Shown here piece by piece: positions 1 to 14,097 of a stretch of DNA of 64,000 bases; positions within the stretch are counted from its first letter, which is position 1, and each line of letters starts with the position of its first letter. Origin of the DNA: Obrimoposthia wandeli. Taxonomy: Eukaryota. Position numbers and translations under genes: made by a program. The notes beneath the pieces are model-generated. The model was not told where the DNA came from and made no database searches. It saw only the letters and a program-made list of their open reading frames with translations. The stretch spans positions 434,001-498,000 of the forward strand of contig CDROCS010000956.1 in NCBI GenBank assembly GCA_977020255.1, read 5' to 3'.

Positions 1-1686
1 AAATAGTGTTCATAAAAATTATGTTACAAACTAAACTTAATTATTTTTACACCCAATACGTTTTATATTAATAAATAATCTGTATAAATAATTTAGTTAA
101 AGCTTTAGTTAATAATCCATATTATAAACCATTCGTGACAATATACGTTTTTCTTAAATTCACGAAGATATTGTATTGTTTGTCAAAATTTCATTAAAAT
201 TTGTAACAATCAGAGGGAACAGAAGATGTATCAAAGACGGTATTAAGTGTTGGTTGTTTATTTAATGTATATATAAATAATAATATTAAAAATTTGTAAT
301 TAATAATATATAAATATATCCAAAATTCATTAATATTTATTACAATACATTAAAATTGTGCTCGTAACTCATTAAAAAGTTCAATATTGCTTTATAATAA
401 ACAATTCAGATGCCTCCAATTTATTATTTTAATCCTGCGTGTCATGGGATTAATAAAACCTTTACTGTTACTTAACTTTGAACTTTAATTTAGAAATTCA
501 CAAATATTTCATTAGATTTAAATTTAACATTTTCTACTTTTAAAGCTAAGTAGAATTTATAATATTTTAGAGTTAATGAACAGATAATAAAATTAATATT
601 TATTAAATATGATTTCATTTATTTGTTTTAAAAGATATTTAAACATTGTCAATATTTTCTATTTATATTTTAAAGTTGTATAATTTTTTAAAAAGAAAGT
701 TGTACACTTACATAAAAGTTCAAAGTTTGGTACCAGTAAATATTTTTAGTTCCATAAAATGCAAAATTAACCTTATTTTAAATAAAGCTACCAGATATGC
801 ATTTCAACTAAAGATAGACGGTATAAAATATCTTATAAAATTGTTTCGAATTCAAAATTCTTGCAATTATTCAGAAAAGCATAGTTTATGCGAAATCAAG
901 TTATTTGAAAGAATTATTGATATTCCATGAAAATTCAGATTACGACCGTAAGAAATGAAAACTCACAACTATCAATGTTAACTTTGACTAAATAAAATAA
1001 AGGAAAAATAGGTACAGTTATATAAAAGTATATAACAAATAATCATTTTATATCTGAAATTGCAAGAATATGAATATATTTAAAATAATTTAAAAAACTT
1101 TCTATTTAAGAATCATTACGTATCATCAAGTTACAGTTGTGCAGATGATGCACAAATGTTGAATGCTGCGTAATCATTGGATTCTGGGGAATTATAAATA
1201 TATTTTACGTTTTTTTCTAATTATTTCTATTAGATTCTTTTAATACGACGACTGTATATTAATAACAAATTTTAATTGTAGTCTATTACTTTTCGAATCA
1301 ATTCCTGAAAATTTATACAATTAAAAAAACTGCGTGTTATACATGGAATTTTAAGGTACAAATATTTTCATTTCGATGTTTATATATGTTTAGAGTTCAT
1401 GCGATTTGTTAAAATTTAAAAAAGACTTGAAAAAGTCATAAATTATTTAAAATTAACTTTCTTTAAGAGCACTTGCGCCAAAAAGACCATATTAAAATGC
1501 TTTGAAAAAGGAATCATTTATACGATATCCATTTTAAAGTAATGTGTGATTATCGGTTAAAAAGGTTCCCTTATAAGTTTCTCATCTTCATTTAGTATTT
1601 AAAGTTATGAATTTTCCTCAGATATGATAATTTTTATTTCTCTGCTTTCAATTTATCTGACAATTGTGCCTCTTGTTTCTGACCAG

Positions 1687-4600
1687 GATTCTCGCGGTGA
1701 AAGACGGTGGTAGCATTATCCAGAATCAGATCGAGTACCTGACGGCAAACGACGTTATCGAGCGCGTGGAGCTTGATAACGGTCGCTCCGTGGGTTTCCG
1801 GCGCAAAATCTGTTACCACAATGAAGACGTGAAGGTGGTTCAGGAGAGCGACCAGCATCAAATGCAGAAACTACTCAAGAAAGAGAAGCCTACTGTCGCT
1901 ATCATCACCAATCTGCTGTGCGAGAAACTCGCAGTCGACGCCATGATGACTGACAAGACCACCTTTGTCAAGTTTGAGGGTGAGAAAACCGCTTGTATAC
2001 TCGAGAGAAACAGACAAATTTCCATTTTTCTATTTTCTTATAATTTTTAATATAAATCTACCGAAATATAAAGCTTCAGTAACGTTGCTAGGTAATTTAT
2101 TCCATCCATTGACAATTATTTTTTTCTTTCTATGGTATGTCCTATGTTTACATAATTATCATTTCGTCTGTTATGAGAATGTATTTGAAAATCACAATTT
2201 CGGAAATCTTTCAAACTTTTGGAACATTATTTTCTAATTAATCATCACTTTGATTGTTATTGAAAATTCTGATGGCCAAACTAGAATCACAATATGAGTA
2301 TGCTTTTTTAAATGTTTTATTTAATTTGAATGTTTATTTTGATTTTTTTTATTATTACTCCAAATATAATAATTATAATTTAACTATAAATTGGTCAAAT
2401 TGAAACATGAAAACTCCCTACACTGCATTAGCTATAAGTATTGAAAAAGTTTCTCAATAATCCCATTTTGCTCGTGTACCAGTTTTACAAAAGGTACTCA
2501 AAATTTTGTTTTTTTACTTTCAATCTCTAATAACAGATAAAAGTAAAATTTATATTTTATCAGGTTTATATTTTTGTTACAAATTTTGATGTAGATTATT
2601 TAAGGTCTTTTACACTAATAAAATTAATTTTTTAACACTAAGTTAGTTTAGATTAACTAGTTAATCATAAAACTCCCAAAATATATTGCACTTTTATATA
2701 TAATACGCACCTCACGTTTTGGCACTTTTTCTCTAATTATTTCATGTCTTAATTACTAATCTTCAATATAGAAAACAAATAGGAATCTATTTCTACAGCA
2801 TTAGTAAGAAAATTCATCAAGGACGTTTAATTTCATTATAAATTTTAAACGAACTTACAAGGAAATGTTTTTGACTCGAAATTACCAATTAAATTTTAAA
2901 ATTATTCAAAAAATTCTAATATTTTATACAAATTATCTAAAGTTTTTATCGGCCTATTTGTATTAAGTTTAAATATGTTAATGTGCAAAATTTACTATAA
3001 TTTTGTTTGACCTTCTAAAATTATAAATATAGTTTAATAAGAATTTAAATAAAATTTATTGTAGAAAATAAGATTTTTTCACATAAACACATGATAAAGT
3101 TTAACTTTTTTTCTTTTCTAAGTACAGTTTACGCTTAATGCAAACAAATGTGATATGTTTTTTGTTCACAATATTGATAGTTAACTTTTTATATCAATTT
3201 AACTGTATATTTAAAAATAATCGGTATTTATGATATTTATTTTAGTGTACTTCATCAGGTGAAATTTACTAAATTGAAAGTTTTTAAAATTAATCATGCA
3301 TTATTATCTAATTAAATAGTAATAATTAATAATGCAGTTTTGAAATAAAATATGTTAAATTGATTTTTAATTTATTTACAATATTTTTAAAGAGTCATAT
3401 TTTCTAAAATTTATCTTTATAAAGGCAAAAATTTCGATATAAACTAAATAATACAGCTTATGTTTACAGGTGAATCGCATGTTTACACAATAGGGAGAAT
3501 AGGTGACAAGAAAGTCATCAGTACAAAGGTCGCTATGGTTGGTCGTGAACTCAAGGCCAGAATATCTTCCGCCAACACTACCACTCGCCTGCTCGGTTGG
3601 TGAACATGTTCATTTATAAATATAATTTTGAATGGTACTTACAATTATCAGTAATAAATGTGATACTTTACAAATTTTATCAGATATATTTATTTGTTAT
3701 TTTAATTTTTTTTGTTGTGAATGGTAAAAAACGAAATTTTATGAGAATTAAGCCTTACCTATATAACTCGTATGCAGGAACTTTCCAGGATGTACAGCAC
3801 GTCCTCTTGGTTGGTGTAGGTGGCTCCGTTCCACATGTTTATGAGTTTGACAAGCACAGTCGACTCGGTGACATTGTGGTTTCGTATCCGAGTGAGAATA
3901 AACCCATCTACGTCTTTTGCGAGAAGGTAACCCAACCTGACGAAGAGAACCCAAACAAGGCGCTCAGCTTCGATAACAAGGAGTATCAAATCAAAGATCA
4001 TACGCTGAGAAAGTGAGTGAAACTATCGGAAAAATGATAAATGTTTAAAATTTGCTTACTTGCAATGCTTTTTACTCTAATGTTGATTTTCAAACTAAGT
4101 TTTTATATTCTCCAGGTAAATATAAAACATCCAAGACTGGTGAATGCGTGTATTTATGTGTATATTTTGTGTATTGGTAACCCATTGTTTCTTTATTGAA
4201 TTTGAGTAAGAACCCTTTTAAACGATAATAAATTGTGACACCTTCTTAAGTATTGACACCACATATATTAATTTACTAAGGTTTATTAGATTTTAAGAAT
4301 ATTTGATGTTAATAAACTATTTATTATTATAAAATAGTACATTTTACAAGATATAATTGAAAGAGTTTATCTAATTTATCTAAAATAGACATTACAAATA
4401 CTTTAAACTTCAATGAGGTACTGAAGGAACGTATTTAAAATTGCAATTATGTTTTAAACTTCGGGTCATTGTTACTTGATTTAAACAACATACGGGTGAA
4501 ATTGAATAATTTAAAATTACTTTTCTTTCAGAGCTTTCACATTGATGACTTCTATTTCAAAGTCTTTGGGAGTTTTAATATTTAATATTTAAATGTTATA

Positions 4601-7600
4601 CATATGGGATTATAAGGACTTAGTAAGGTATTCTACAAATTTTGATAATAGTTTTCAATACCATTTATATTTCCTACAATTGTTTTGTATTTTTACCTTT
4701 AAATAATTTAGAAAAAATATATGTCGATATTTATAAACTGAATTTGTGTCTGATGTTATCTATTCTCAAATAGAAAAAGGTATTCTGTTAACAATAACAA
4801 TAATTAATTTTCGTGTACATATGAAGTTTACACATTGAATAGTTTATGTGATTCTTTACTCATTAAAAATGCCTTTTTTCTCATATATTTCTGAGATCAA
4901 TTAGAAAATTTCGGGTAAATCTCTAAAAATCGAAAATAATTTTAAAATATTAAATTCAATTTATTTAATTATTATTGTGCGTCCAGATAGTAAAAATACT
5001 GTTGGCGACGTTAAAAATGTGGTTTTCTTTAACTATGTAAAAATGGAAGTTCCAATTTTGAAATAAAATTTCATAAACTATCAAGGAATTATTTCTAAGA
5101 GGATACTTTTAGAAATCCCTAGGTATTGGAATAAAATTGTGTTTTTCGATTAAAAATGATGGTGTATAGAAAGGCCAGATGGATATCAAGTATATTATTA
5201 ATACGATGAAAGATGTAGATAATTAATCTCTGAAAATAATAGTTTCACAAAATATGTAATGATATGGAGCACGATAATAAATCTGGATATATGACTATCA
5301 TTCATCGACGGAAATCTATTTTTACCGGGTGATCTTATAAATGAACATGTGTCAAATAATTCTCACTTTCAACAAGAAACCACAAGGCCACACGTTACTA
5401 AATATAGTCAATTTTAATTAAATAGAAATAACATTGCTTATTATAAAAATATTACACAGTGTCTGTCCTAATCACAAAGAAGTTCATCAGTTAAGCTCGA
5501 TCAAGTCACTGTCTACAAAGGATTTTACTAGAAAGGTGAAATAAATAAGTAAAGCTACAGAAGTAGCATAATTTAAATTAAAAAGAGGAGCAGAGGAAAA
5601 ATCTTCTAAAAACCTAACTACAGAAAAAAAGAAAACATTGCCCTGCTGAAAAAATTGCAATTGACACTTAGTTGATTTTTCATCAGCATATTTTTATATC
5701 GTTAATTGATTTTTTTCTGAGTTATGTTATTTACTTTTCTAGGTCAGTGAAATTGAATGCAAGTGATTGCTACGAATTATATTCAGGCTTCAATATTATA
5801 GAAAATGTTGGGAGGAATATTATCGAATAGCATATTTATGAATAATTTTAATTATGAATATTTGAGAGCCTCTAACGTTTAATTATTAGAATGAAATAAT
5901 TTGGCCGAAAATGTATATTTAAAGCTTTCCAAAAATACTATTAAAAGTAGTTGAAAATAATATATGTATTTTTTATTGAATAAATGTTATTTATAATATT
6001 TTGACTTTTGTTATTATTTAGATTGTGTTAAAATATGACAGATATTTTAGGAACGATTGATTATATTTAAACATAAGCTTTATGAAGTATGTATTTTAAT
6101 ATACTTTAACATTTAAGTTATCTCAAACATCTTGTAATTTCCTGTTATTGCAGATTGTAATGTTTACTACAAATATGTAGATATGAAGGAAAAAATTCAG
6201 ACAGTTTATTTTAGAATTTGGTTGCGTTAACATCACATGTTGGTGTTCGTATCCAGAGTAAGATTTTTGTAATCATTCCAACTCCATGTTCCGACTGCAG
6301 AGTGGTTGATGACATTCTGGAGAATTTTGTTGAGGACCCATCGGCGTGCGAGTGGAAGGCTCACATGCAGCAAGCTCTCCTAGAGCTTCAACAGACCGAT
6401 ATCGACTACACGCGACCAGCTGCCGAAACGGACAAACTGAAACTGAAGGTTTCAGAAGGCGTCACCTTCGATATCAAGCATCCTGAGGTACCCAGCGGTC
6501 TTGAGGCACTGTATTTGCCAGGTGTACCCGCTGTTCGGCTCGGATTTGTGGGCTCTGGGCGGCCCGTTATCGATGATGACTTCCTGCGGGACAAGTTCGC
6601 CAAGGACCACTGTCTGCTGGCCTACGACTCCGAGTACGATCAGGTTAGTGTTAGCTGTAGCTATTTCAGAATTTTATACAATTTTAATTGTAAATCAATA
6701 TAATCATCATACAATCGAAATATGCAATTAACTATAAACTGTTTTGTATGCTATACTTTGTATCTGGATTCTATAGACTGTTTTGTATTTGGATTCTCAC
6801 AAAGTGCGTGGTTATCTGATCCAGATTCAGTACAAATCTGAACTACGTATACAACGCAAAATCAGGAATACCAAATGATCTTTTCAAGTTCTAAGGTACG
6901 CTGATAGTCGTAATATTCATGTGAATGTTGTTTTAGAGCTGAAATTTCTAGACCAACTGAATTACACTCCCGTAAACAAACCAAATAAAGACTACCTTAG
7001 ATCAATTCAATTTCGACTGGGTTTGACATTAATTGAAGGCTTTTATCTACACTTTCTTTTTTAAAATTACCTACATTGATTTCGCATATTTTGGTTTCGT
7101 AAGGACCATAAAATTCTCGCGGATTAGATGACATATTTATTGTTATTTTCACTCGTGGAGTAGGAAAATAAGATTCATTCACGATAGTTTTCATTTTAGG
7201 GAGTAAATTCGTTTATATTTACAATTTGTAAACCAACTATCAACTAATGTCATAAATCAAATCAGCCGAATGTGTGTATTGACAAACTACAAGAGGCGAT
7301 CGAAAGTAAAATAAAGTCTGTCATCTTTGGTTGAAAATAAGATTTCTCAAAGCAAGTAAATAATCATGTATAAAAACAATTTTATTGATTAAACAGACGA
7401 AGTTTTAATTTTATATTATATCTTAGTCAACATTCATATATTTAAATCTTATTATAATATACCTAGAATTATATTTTGTTTAAAGAAAACCCTTAAAGTA
7501 AAGCTTTTTTTTGACAAAGTTTTTATTAAACTATTTAAGATTAACTGAACATTTTTCAGATTAGTATGCCATTTTGAGAAGAAAGGCAGTATAGATCATT

Positions 7601-8501
7601 ATCTTATAACATGCATTGCTTATCAATGAAAGGAAGAACTATCGTTTATGAGAAAGCAAGTTAATTTTAATTACAAAAAATCGGGAGATAAAAACTAACA
7701 GCATCATGTCAGTGAAAGTTTCAACTATAAAACAAGAAGACAGAATATTTGAAAAATGCAGCGGAAGACTAATTTATTTTATGTTTAAGAAATCGCAAGA
7801 ATATAGATACAATGCACTACGTCAAAGCATTTGATACAAAAATGGAACGATATAAAATACATCTGTTACAGCTTTATTCGTTACTCTTTGCCAATGTTGT
7901 GTATTTTGTCAATATTTATGAAAATCCAATTTATACTAGAGATTCTGTAAAATAATGTTTGGATACAACTTTGTGTGGTCATAAGATTTCCAACTTATAA
8001 ATATATCTTAACTTATATGGGCTAATGTGAATAAACATTTGTCAACTACTTGTGGGCTATGTCATACCTAAGAAAGCGACTGGACGTAGATGCACTTTAC
8101 TGACAGGTAAAGTCACATGAAATTTCAAGGTTACTGATTTTATATAAATTATTTTTGATAATTTTTTGGCATTTTATTATTAACTTATGTAAATAATGTG
8201 TAATGCGTTTACAAATATTATGTCAGTAAGTTTCAATTAAGATTTGACCTTCTCTGCCAGTAAAGTGCGTCTGGGCCAGTAATTGTAATTGAAATGGAAT
8301 TGTCTTGTCAAAGTGGCTATCCTACAATTCCTTCATCGTCAGGTACTCGACTCGGTGAAGGGAAACGGTCTGACGAGCTTCATCTTAATCCGTGGCGTAG
8401 CTGACTATCTGGATGGCAGTCATGGTGGGTCCTGGCAACCGTATTCGTCCTTGGCTGCTGCCGGCTTCATGAAGTCTGTCATTCTCAGACTCCAGAACTG
8501 A
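1687..8501 (+). CDS. Spliced host gene, 5'-partial: nucleoside phosphorylase (PNP/UDP/MTAN-like fold) domain protein
   Basis: Five phase-compatible GT-AG exons: 1687-1979, 3470-3595, 3778-4012, 6301-6643, 8343-8501 (TGA). The joined protein has AIITNLLCEKLAVDAMM, YTIGRIG, TTTRLLGTFQDVQHVLLVGVGGSVPH, RLGDIVVS and IRGVADYLDG, typical of the metazoan nucleoside-phosphorylase-like family. Upstream exons were not found in the window. Confidence 0.8.
5120..5520 (+). mobile_element. Decayed Tc1/mariner transposase remnant in an intron
   Basis: Translates with stops to KYVMIWS...FIDGNL...FQQETTRPHV, resembling the Tc1 motifs VMVWG...IDG...FQQDNARPH. No TIRs found. Confidence 0.45.
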
Positions 8502-9818
8502 ACGCGCAACATTCTAGTTGCCATGATAGCAACATATATACTGGTTGTCATGACGTCAACTACAATGATATTATTACACTCGTAACTGACGTACCTTAGG
8601 AAACGACAATTATGATAACTTTTTTCTTGTTTTTTGTAGCTGTTTTTCTATTTGTTAACCAAGTCTCTTCTATTAACCTTAGTAGTGTTACTTTTAAATA
8701 CCGATCCTATATGCGGTGTTTGTAATTATTTTCTATCTCAAAGCGTCAATTGTTTCCTTTAAAATTATAAGAGTGTTATGTGCGCTTTATTTGAATCTTT
8801 CATAATATAAAATTCTAAAATGAGTTCCGTATATTTCTTCTATTAAATGATGTGACGTTTATTGCAAAACTCAAAATGTATCTTTAAAATCATTTGTATA
8901 TTAGTTCTGCTATTGGATCTAGGGATATGGTTAGTGATATGTATTTCCACGTGAATAACAGTTTTGAATTAATCAAGATTAGAGGAACAAAATACATCCA
9001 AATTACATATATTAGTCATATTTCAATTTAATTCTATAAGTATGAAACTTTTAAATTACAATTAAGTGATAATAATATTTTCCCAATTCGTACTTGAAAC
9101 AACTTTTGATATATTTTTAATTCAATTTCTAAACTTTGAAGTGGATCAAGTTTACTTGTTTTATTAAAAAGTGTACAGAGTGATACAAAATAATTGTTGC
9201 AACTTTAATTTCACGAAATACAGTTTATATGCATGCAAAAATATGAGATTTGTTTGTATGCATTCTTTTAATAAAAGAAAACTTTCGAAAAAATGTCAAA
9301 ATATTTATATTTATTAATTTAAAGTTTATTTAACAAAATGTTTATAACAATTATCAAATGTTTCGTTCACCAACAATGTTGAGTTTACTACCATCTTGTT
9401 TACTCATGATGTTGCTGACGAAGGATTTGATCTCCAGTGTGTGGGTAACGCAACCTTCAATAACTGAACTACTTGACCGTTGCCCTCCTTACATTAACTG
9501 CATAATTGAGTTATCGTTGTCAGCACTTGATCTGCTAAAGTTGTCGAATATAAACGTATGAGATTGATCAGAAGTTTGCCTGTTTCTTTAGATATGATGC
9601 GAAATGAATAAACGTAGTTGAAATTGTCAATTTCAATTAAGATGCTATAATGCGTATTCTTTTACAAAACCACATTATATTATTTAATAAAGAAGTGCCT
9701 TAATCCATTTCTAGGTCACATGTATGTAATCAATTTTGGGAAAATTATTTAAGCTAACTCAAATGATATTAAATTTCATTTGAACCATTTTTAACAATTC
9801 GGTTTGCGCCTTAGAAGC

Positions 9819-9912
9819 ATATAGTGTCGTTCTTGGAACTTGGGAATATTCCCCCGCCACGCGGTGAGTACACAGCGCTTTTTCTTCCCCAGTTCCAGGA
9901 ACAACACTATAT
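9819..9912. repeat. 28-bp imperfect inverted repeat with a 38-nt spacer (MITE-like or RNA hairpin)
   Basis: ATATAGTGTCGTTCTTGGAACTTGGGAA (9819-9846) versus the reverse complement of 9885-9912, ATATAGTGTTGTTCCTGGAACTGGGGAA; 3 mismatches. Confidence 0.7.
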
Positions 9913-10029
9913 TCTACTCTAAATCCCTCAAAAACATAAAAATTATCGATTCTTGAAATCGTACATACTGAAGCAAAATCGTGCTAGTGAAGCGCCTTAA
10001 CCCTGGGTACATTTTACTGTAAGTGCTGA

Positions 10030-11140
10030 AAATTGCAGAGAAAATAAAAGAAGAATGTATGTTTGAACCTGAAATTTTTCCTGCACTCAGATATTTGAAA
10101 TTTACATCACTATATGTAAATATATTTTCAAGTAGTAAAGTTATTATATTGGGATTGAAAAATTTCGATTATCAATACATTTGAATCGATTTTTGAAAAT
10201 ATATTTTATTACATTTTGTTAATTTTTTCTATAAATAAACCCGTTTAAACTTATTGTTTCAAATGAATAATACTATAAATACAGACAATGACGTGTATCG
10301 TCTTGTCGACAAAATGTTTTCTTGAAAAATTAAGGATAAACAAATTTTATCAGAATTAAAAATAATGATACAACAAGAGTTAATTTTGAAATATTGGTTA
10401 GATCACATGTTATTCGAGAATTTAGAAATCGAATGCAAATAAATAAAAATATAACCAAATATCCATAAATTAATTTTTTGTATTTCATATACAGTAGATC
10501 TGGTATTCAACTTTTCAATCAGGAAGCTTCTATGATAATATAAACAATATTAACATGAAAGAGTATATGTAATGGAGCTAAATAATAATGTTGTATTTCA
10601 AATAGTTTGTTCCAATGGAAGTGAAAAGACACTAAATAAGTAAGTGAATCTCTTTTTAATTCTAGTTTTAAAAATATTTATTGGCATCTGGTGGAGGGAG
10701 AGAAAGTGGACTAACCCAAATAGAAGTTTGCAAGTTAAAAGGAATACAATTTATTGAGGGATTTGATGCGAAATGGTGCGAAAGATTGAAATAGAAGATG
10801 TAATAATAATTGATGATTTGTATCAGGAAGCTAACAAAGACTCGAACTTTGTTAATTTATTTACAAAGATTGCAAGACATCGTGAAGTAACAGTTATATT
10901 TATCACTCAAAATCTTTTTCATCAAGTTCATCATAGAACAAGAAATCTTAATGTACATTACTTAGTATTATTTAAAAAATACTAGACATCAAACAGTTGT
11001 AGATTTCGTGGCCAGACAAGCATTTCTCCAAAATAAGAACTTTCTAGTTGATTCATTCCATGATGCTGCTAAACAAGCACATGGTTATATATTTATTGGC
11101 TTTACACAAGCTTGCCCAGATGATTTACATGTTTTAATAG
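10030..11140 (+). mobile_element. Polinton copy C: old degraded fragment (3' half of TBP-like gene, small ORF, packaging ATPase)
   Basis: Colinear with 12760-13890 (EECMFEPEIFPAL..., IIIDDLYQEANK...IARHREVTVIFITQN), with many stops and indels. No termini. Confidence 0.85.
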
Positions 11141-11239
11141 ATGTTGGGATTAAAAAATTAATTTAAAAAATTATTTAAGTAAATTCATTTAGATTTACAT
11201 TTGACTGAAATGCCCACAATCAGGGTAGTAGTTCTTATT

Positions 11240-11465
11240 AACCTGCGACGGGATAAAAACTCCGTTTCGCCTTGCCAGGCTGTTCAGGAAGGCGGCAGAA
11301 AAGTGATTGTTAGATAGGCTGAGCGGAGATAACGAAATCCTTTAATCTCGCTGGAATTTTCCGCCCAGCTCTCCGGACGTCCCAGCAGATTTGGTCGTCC
11401 TCCACCTTCCTTTCCCATCATCTTTCCCCGTCATCCTAGTCGGCCAGCATCATCATTTTTGTTAG
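11240..11465 (-). mobile_element. Possible LTR-retrotransposon pol C-terminal fragment between copies C and A
   Basis: GC-richer island. The minus strand reads KVEDDQICWDVRRAGRKIPARLKDFVISAQPI*, resembling the R..P.RL.D(Y/F)V tail of Ty3/Gypsy integrases. Confidence 0.3.
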
Positions 11466-11760
11466 ATGAGATATTTATTCTCCACTTTTGATATTTTCAC
11501 AGGATTCATAACTCGTATAATTTGATGCCTCTTTAATATATTACATAGTTTTCCTTTCGAAATTCTTTCTGGATAATAAAAATTTGCTACATATCTCAGA
11601 AGAGAATCCATTCTAAAATAAGGAAACTGATTAAAAAACAATGTTTATAAAAAAATACATATAAGATACAAATATTTAAAAAATAAAACTGATTATTAAT
11701 TGCCAAATGAAAGAAACATGGTAAAACCGATTACAATTTATTACACGCTAAAGAAAAAAT

Positions 11761-12243
11761 TTAAAACATAGAAATATGAGCACGTTCAATTTTCCACATA
11801 GGCAACTTTGTTCCCATTTCATCTTTCTTGTAACCATAAAGTCTAATTGTTAGAGTCCATTGCTTCTTTTATGGAAACGCATCAATATCAACATATCTTC
11901 CATAGTCATCTAGAAATGCTTCATCGGGTCCTCGGATATAAAATTCGTTCTTATTGAAAGTAAAATTCAGAACTGCCTTTTCAACTTTCTGTTTAAGATA
12001 TTGAAAATCTGGTTTTTGAATATTTGATAGATAGTAGCTGAACTTTCTTCTTTCAATTGTCACAGGATTTACTAACACAATCAGTTGAGCCTTCTTCAAG
12101 AATCTGACTTTGTATTTGAAATATTGTTTCACTTCTTCATACATATCCTTATACGATTCTTCAAACATTTCTATATCTTCCTCATCGCTTAATACCCGTT
12201 GAATATCGTCCATCATTGATAATTGTCTTTGATATGAATGCAT
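11761..12243 (-). pseudogene. Copy A homolog of the right-end ORF 38844-39290
   Basis: Near-identical to B until a premature stop/frameshift at about 11870 (IDAFP*); the WTLTIRLYGY tail continues downstream. Confidence 0.8.
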
Positions 12244-12462
12244 TTACTGTGATTTGTCCTCCAATGGCGCATTATTTTATACTAATTTCTAACAAAGACA
12301 TGAATTTCATTGGTTAATATAACTAAAGCATTGAATTTGATTGGACTAAATCCATATTAAAAATCAAATTTGATTGCAAGAAATATATCATCCAATTATA
12401 ATATGTTTGCAAGATAAATATAAATATATAAAGAAGATTTTATAAAATACAATTTTAGTTTA

Positions 12463-12962
12463 ATGAAACTCGTAAATATAAATTATAAAGCTAGAACAGA
12501 AGATGATGTTTCGTACTTACCATTCAATGAATGGAAGCCGAGACAATATGTGGAAAAGTTTGTCAATTTTACAGTTGTTATTTTTCCTACAGGTTAGTTT
12601 TTTAGTTTATTTTCATATTGAATTCTTTAGGAAATTGTCGTGTTATGAGATGCAAAATACCAATGCTTGGGTTCAATTTGCTATTTGGAATTCAAATCAC
12701 TGCAATACAATCAATCATGATTTAGGCTAATCTTGGGAAACAGATAAATCTTTTTAAAACTGCAGAGAAAATGAAAGAAGAATGCATGTTTGAACCAGAA
12801 ATTTTTCCTGCTCTCAGTTATTTGAAGTTTAAACCGCTATGTGTAAATATATTTTCCAGTGGTAAAGTTATGATATTGGGATTGAAAAACTTTGATTATC
12901 CAGACATTGTTGATTTGATTTTAGAAAATATATCTTATTACATCTTATTATCTTTTCTATAA
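12463..12962 (+). pseudogene. TBP-like gene of copy A (spliced, premature stop)
   Basis: Exon 1 at 12463-12592, 38-nt intron 12593-12630, exon 2 from 12631. There is an in-frame TAG at about 12722 where B has TCG. FEPEIFPALSY and IFSSGKVMILG are retained. Confidence 0.8.
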
Positions 12963-13303
12963 ACAAACCCGTTTAAACTTATTGTTTCCAATGAATAATA
13001 CTATAAATAGAGACATGAAGTGGATCGACGAAATATTTTTTGGAAAAATTAGGGGTAAAGAAATTTTATCAGAATTAAAAATAATGATATAACAAGAGAT
13101 AACATTGAAATATTGGTTAGATCACACGTTATTCGAGAATTTAGAAATCGTACACAAATAAATAAAATTATAGCCAAATATTCATTAATTAGTTTTTGTA
13201 TTTCACCTACAATAGCTCTAACATTGTACATTTCATATACGTATTTCAATAAGGAAACTTCTATGATAATATAAACAATATTAAAAATGAAAGAGTATAT
13301 GCA

Positions 13304-13950
13304 ATGGAGCTAAATAATAATGCTGTAATTCAAATAGTTGGTCCCAGTGGAAGTGGAAAGACACATTTCGTATGTAAATTGTTGCAAAATGAATCTCTTT
13401 TCAAATCTAGTTTCTAAAATATTTATTGGCATCATGGTGGAGGAGGGGAAAGCGGATTAACCAAAACAGAAGTTTGCAAGTTGAAGGAATACAATTTATT
13501 GAAGGATTTGATGCAAATTGGTGTGAAAGATTGAAAAAAGAAGATGTAATAAAAATTGATGATTTGTATCAGGAAGCTAACAAGGAATCAGACTTTAATA
13601 ATTTATTTACGAAGATTGCAAGACATCGTGAAGTAACAGTTATATTTATTACTCAAAATCTTTTTCACCAAAGAGGTCACCATAGAACTAGAAATCTTAA
13701 TGTACATTACTTAGTTTTATTTAAAAATCCTAGAGATCAAACAGTTGTTGATTTCGTGGCCAGACAGGCATTTCTTCAAAATAAAAACTTTCTAGTTGAT
13801 TTATTCCACGATGCTGCTAAACAAACACATGTGTATATATTTATTGACTTTACACAAGCTTGCCCAGATGATTTACGTGTTTTAACAGACATATTTAATT
13901 CTAAGGGAGTAACTGTTTATAAACAAATAGATAACAATCATAAAAAATAA
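13304..13950 (+). pseudogene. Packaging ATPase (FtsK/A32-like) of copy A
   Basis: Walker A GPSGSGKT followed by an in-frame TAA at about 13415; Walker B IKIDD; matches 37110-37757. Confidence 0.88.
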
Positions 13951-13957
13951 ATTTACA

Positions 13958-14062
13958 ATGCCTTTTAAGAAGTTGATAGTAAAACGTAAAGCAAAGCCTA
14001 TGAAATCAAAAAAAAGAATCATTAAAAAAAAAAGTGAAAAAATTAATCAAATCTGTAGTTAG
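13958..14062 (+). CDS. Tiny Lys/Arg-rich ORF (34 aa), candidate DNA-condensing peptide
   Basis: MPFKKLIVKRKAKPMKSKKRIIKKKSEKINQICS* immediately after the ATPase stop. A shorter version is at 37022-37102 (-) in B. Confidence 0.35.
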   Translation: MPFKKLIVKRKAKPMKSKKRIIKKKSEKINQICS

Positions 14063-14097
14063 AAATAAAAAAAAACTTAAATGGCTTCGAATATAAA

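Noticed and set aside
7800-7960. YVKAFD as a LINE reverse-transcriptase relic
   Set aside because: Single short motif with no supporting neighbouring motifs.
9420-9470. Minus-strand LPTHWRSN resembling the Runt domain
   Set aside because: Only 8 residues match, the flanks do not align and the frame has stops on both sides; probably chance.
9996-10005. TTAACCCT as a piggyBac end (also near 42941 and 61508)
   Set aside because: No matching partner TIR or transposase; the motif is common in AT-rich DNA.
11227-11232. AGTAGT as a terminus of copy A or C
   Set aside because: The following sequence does not match the TIR of copy B, and there is no partner end or TSD.
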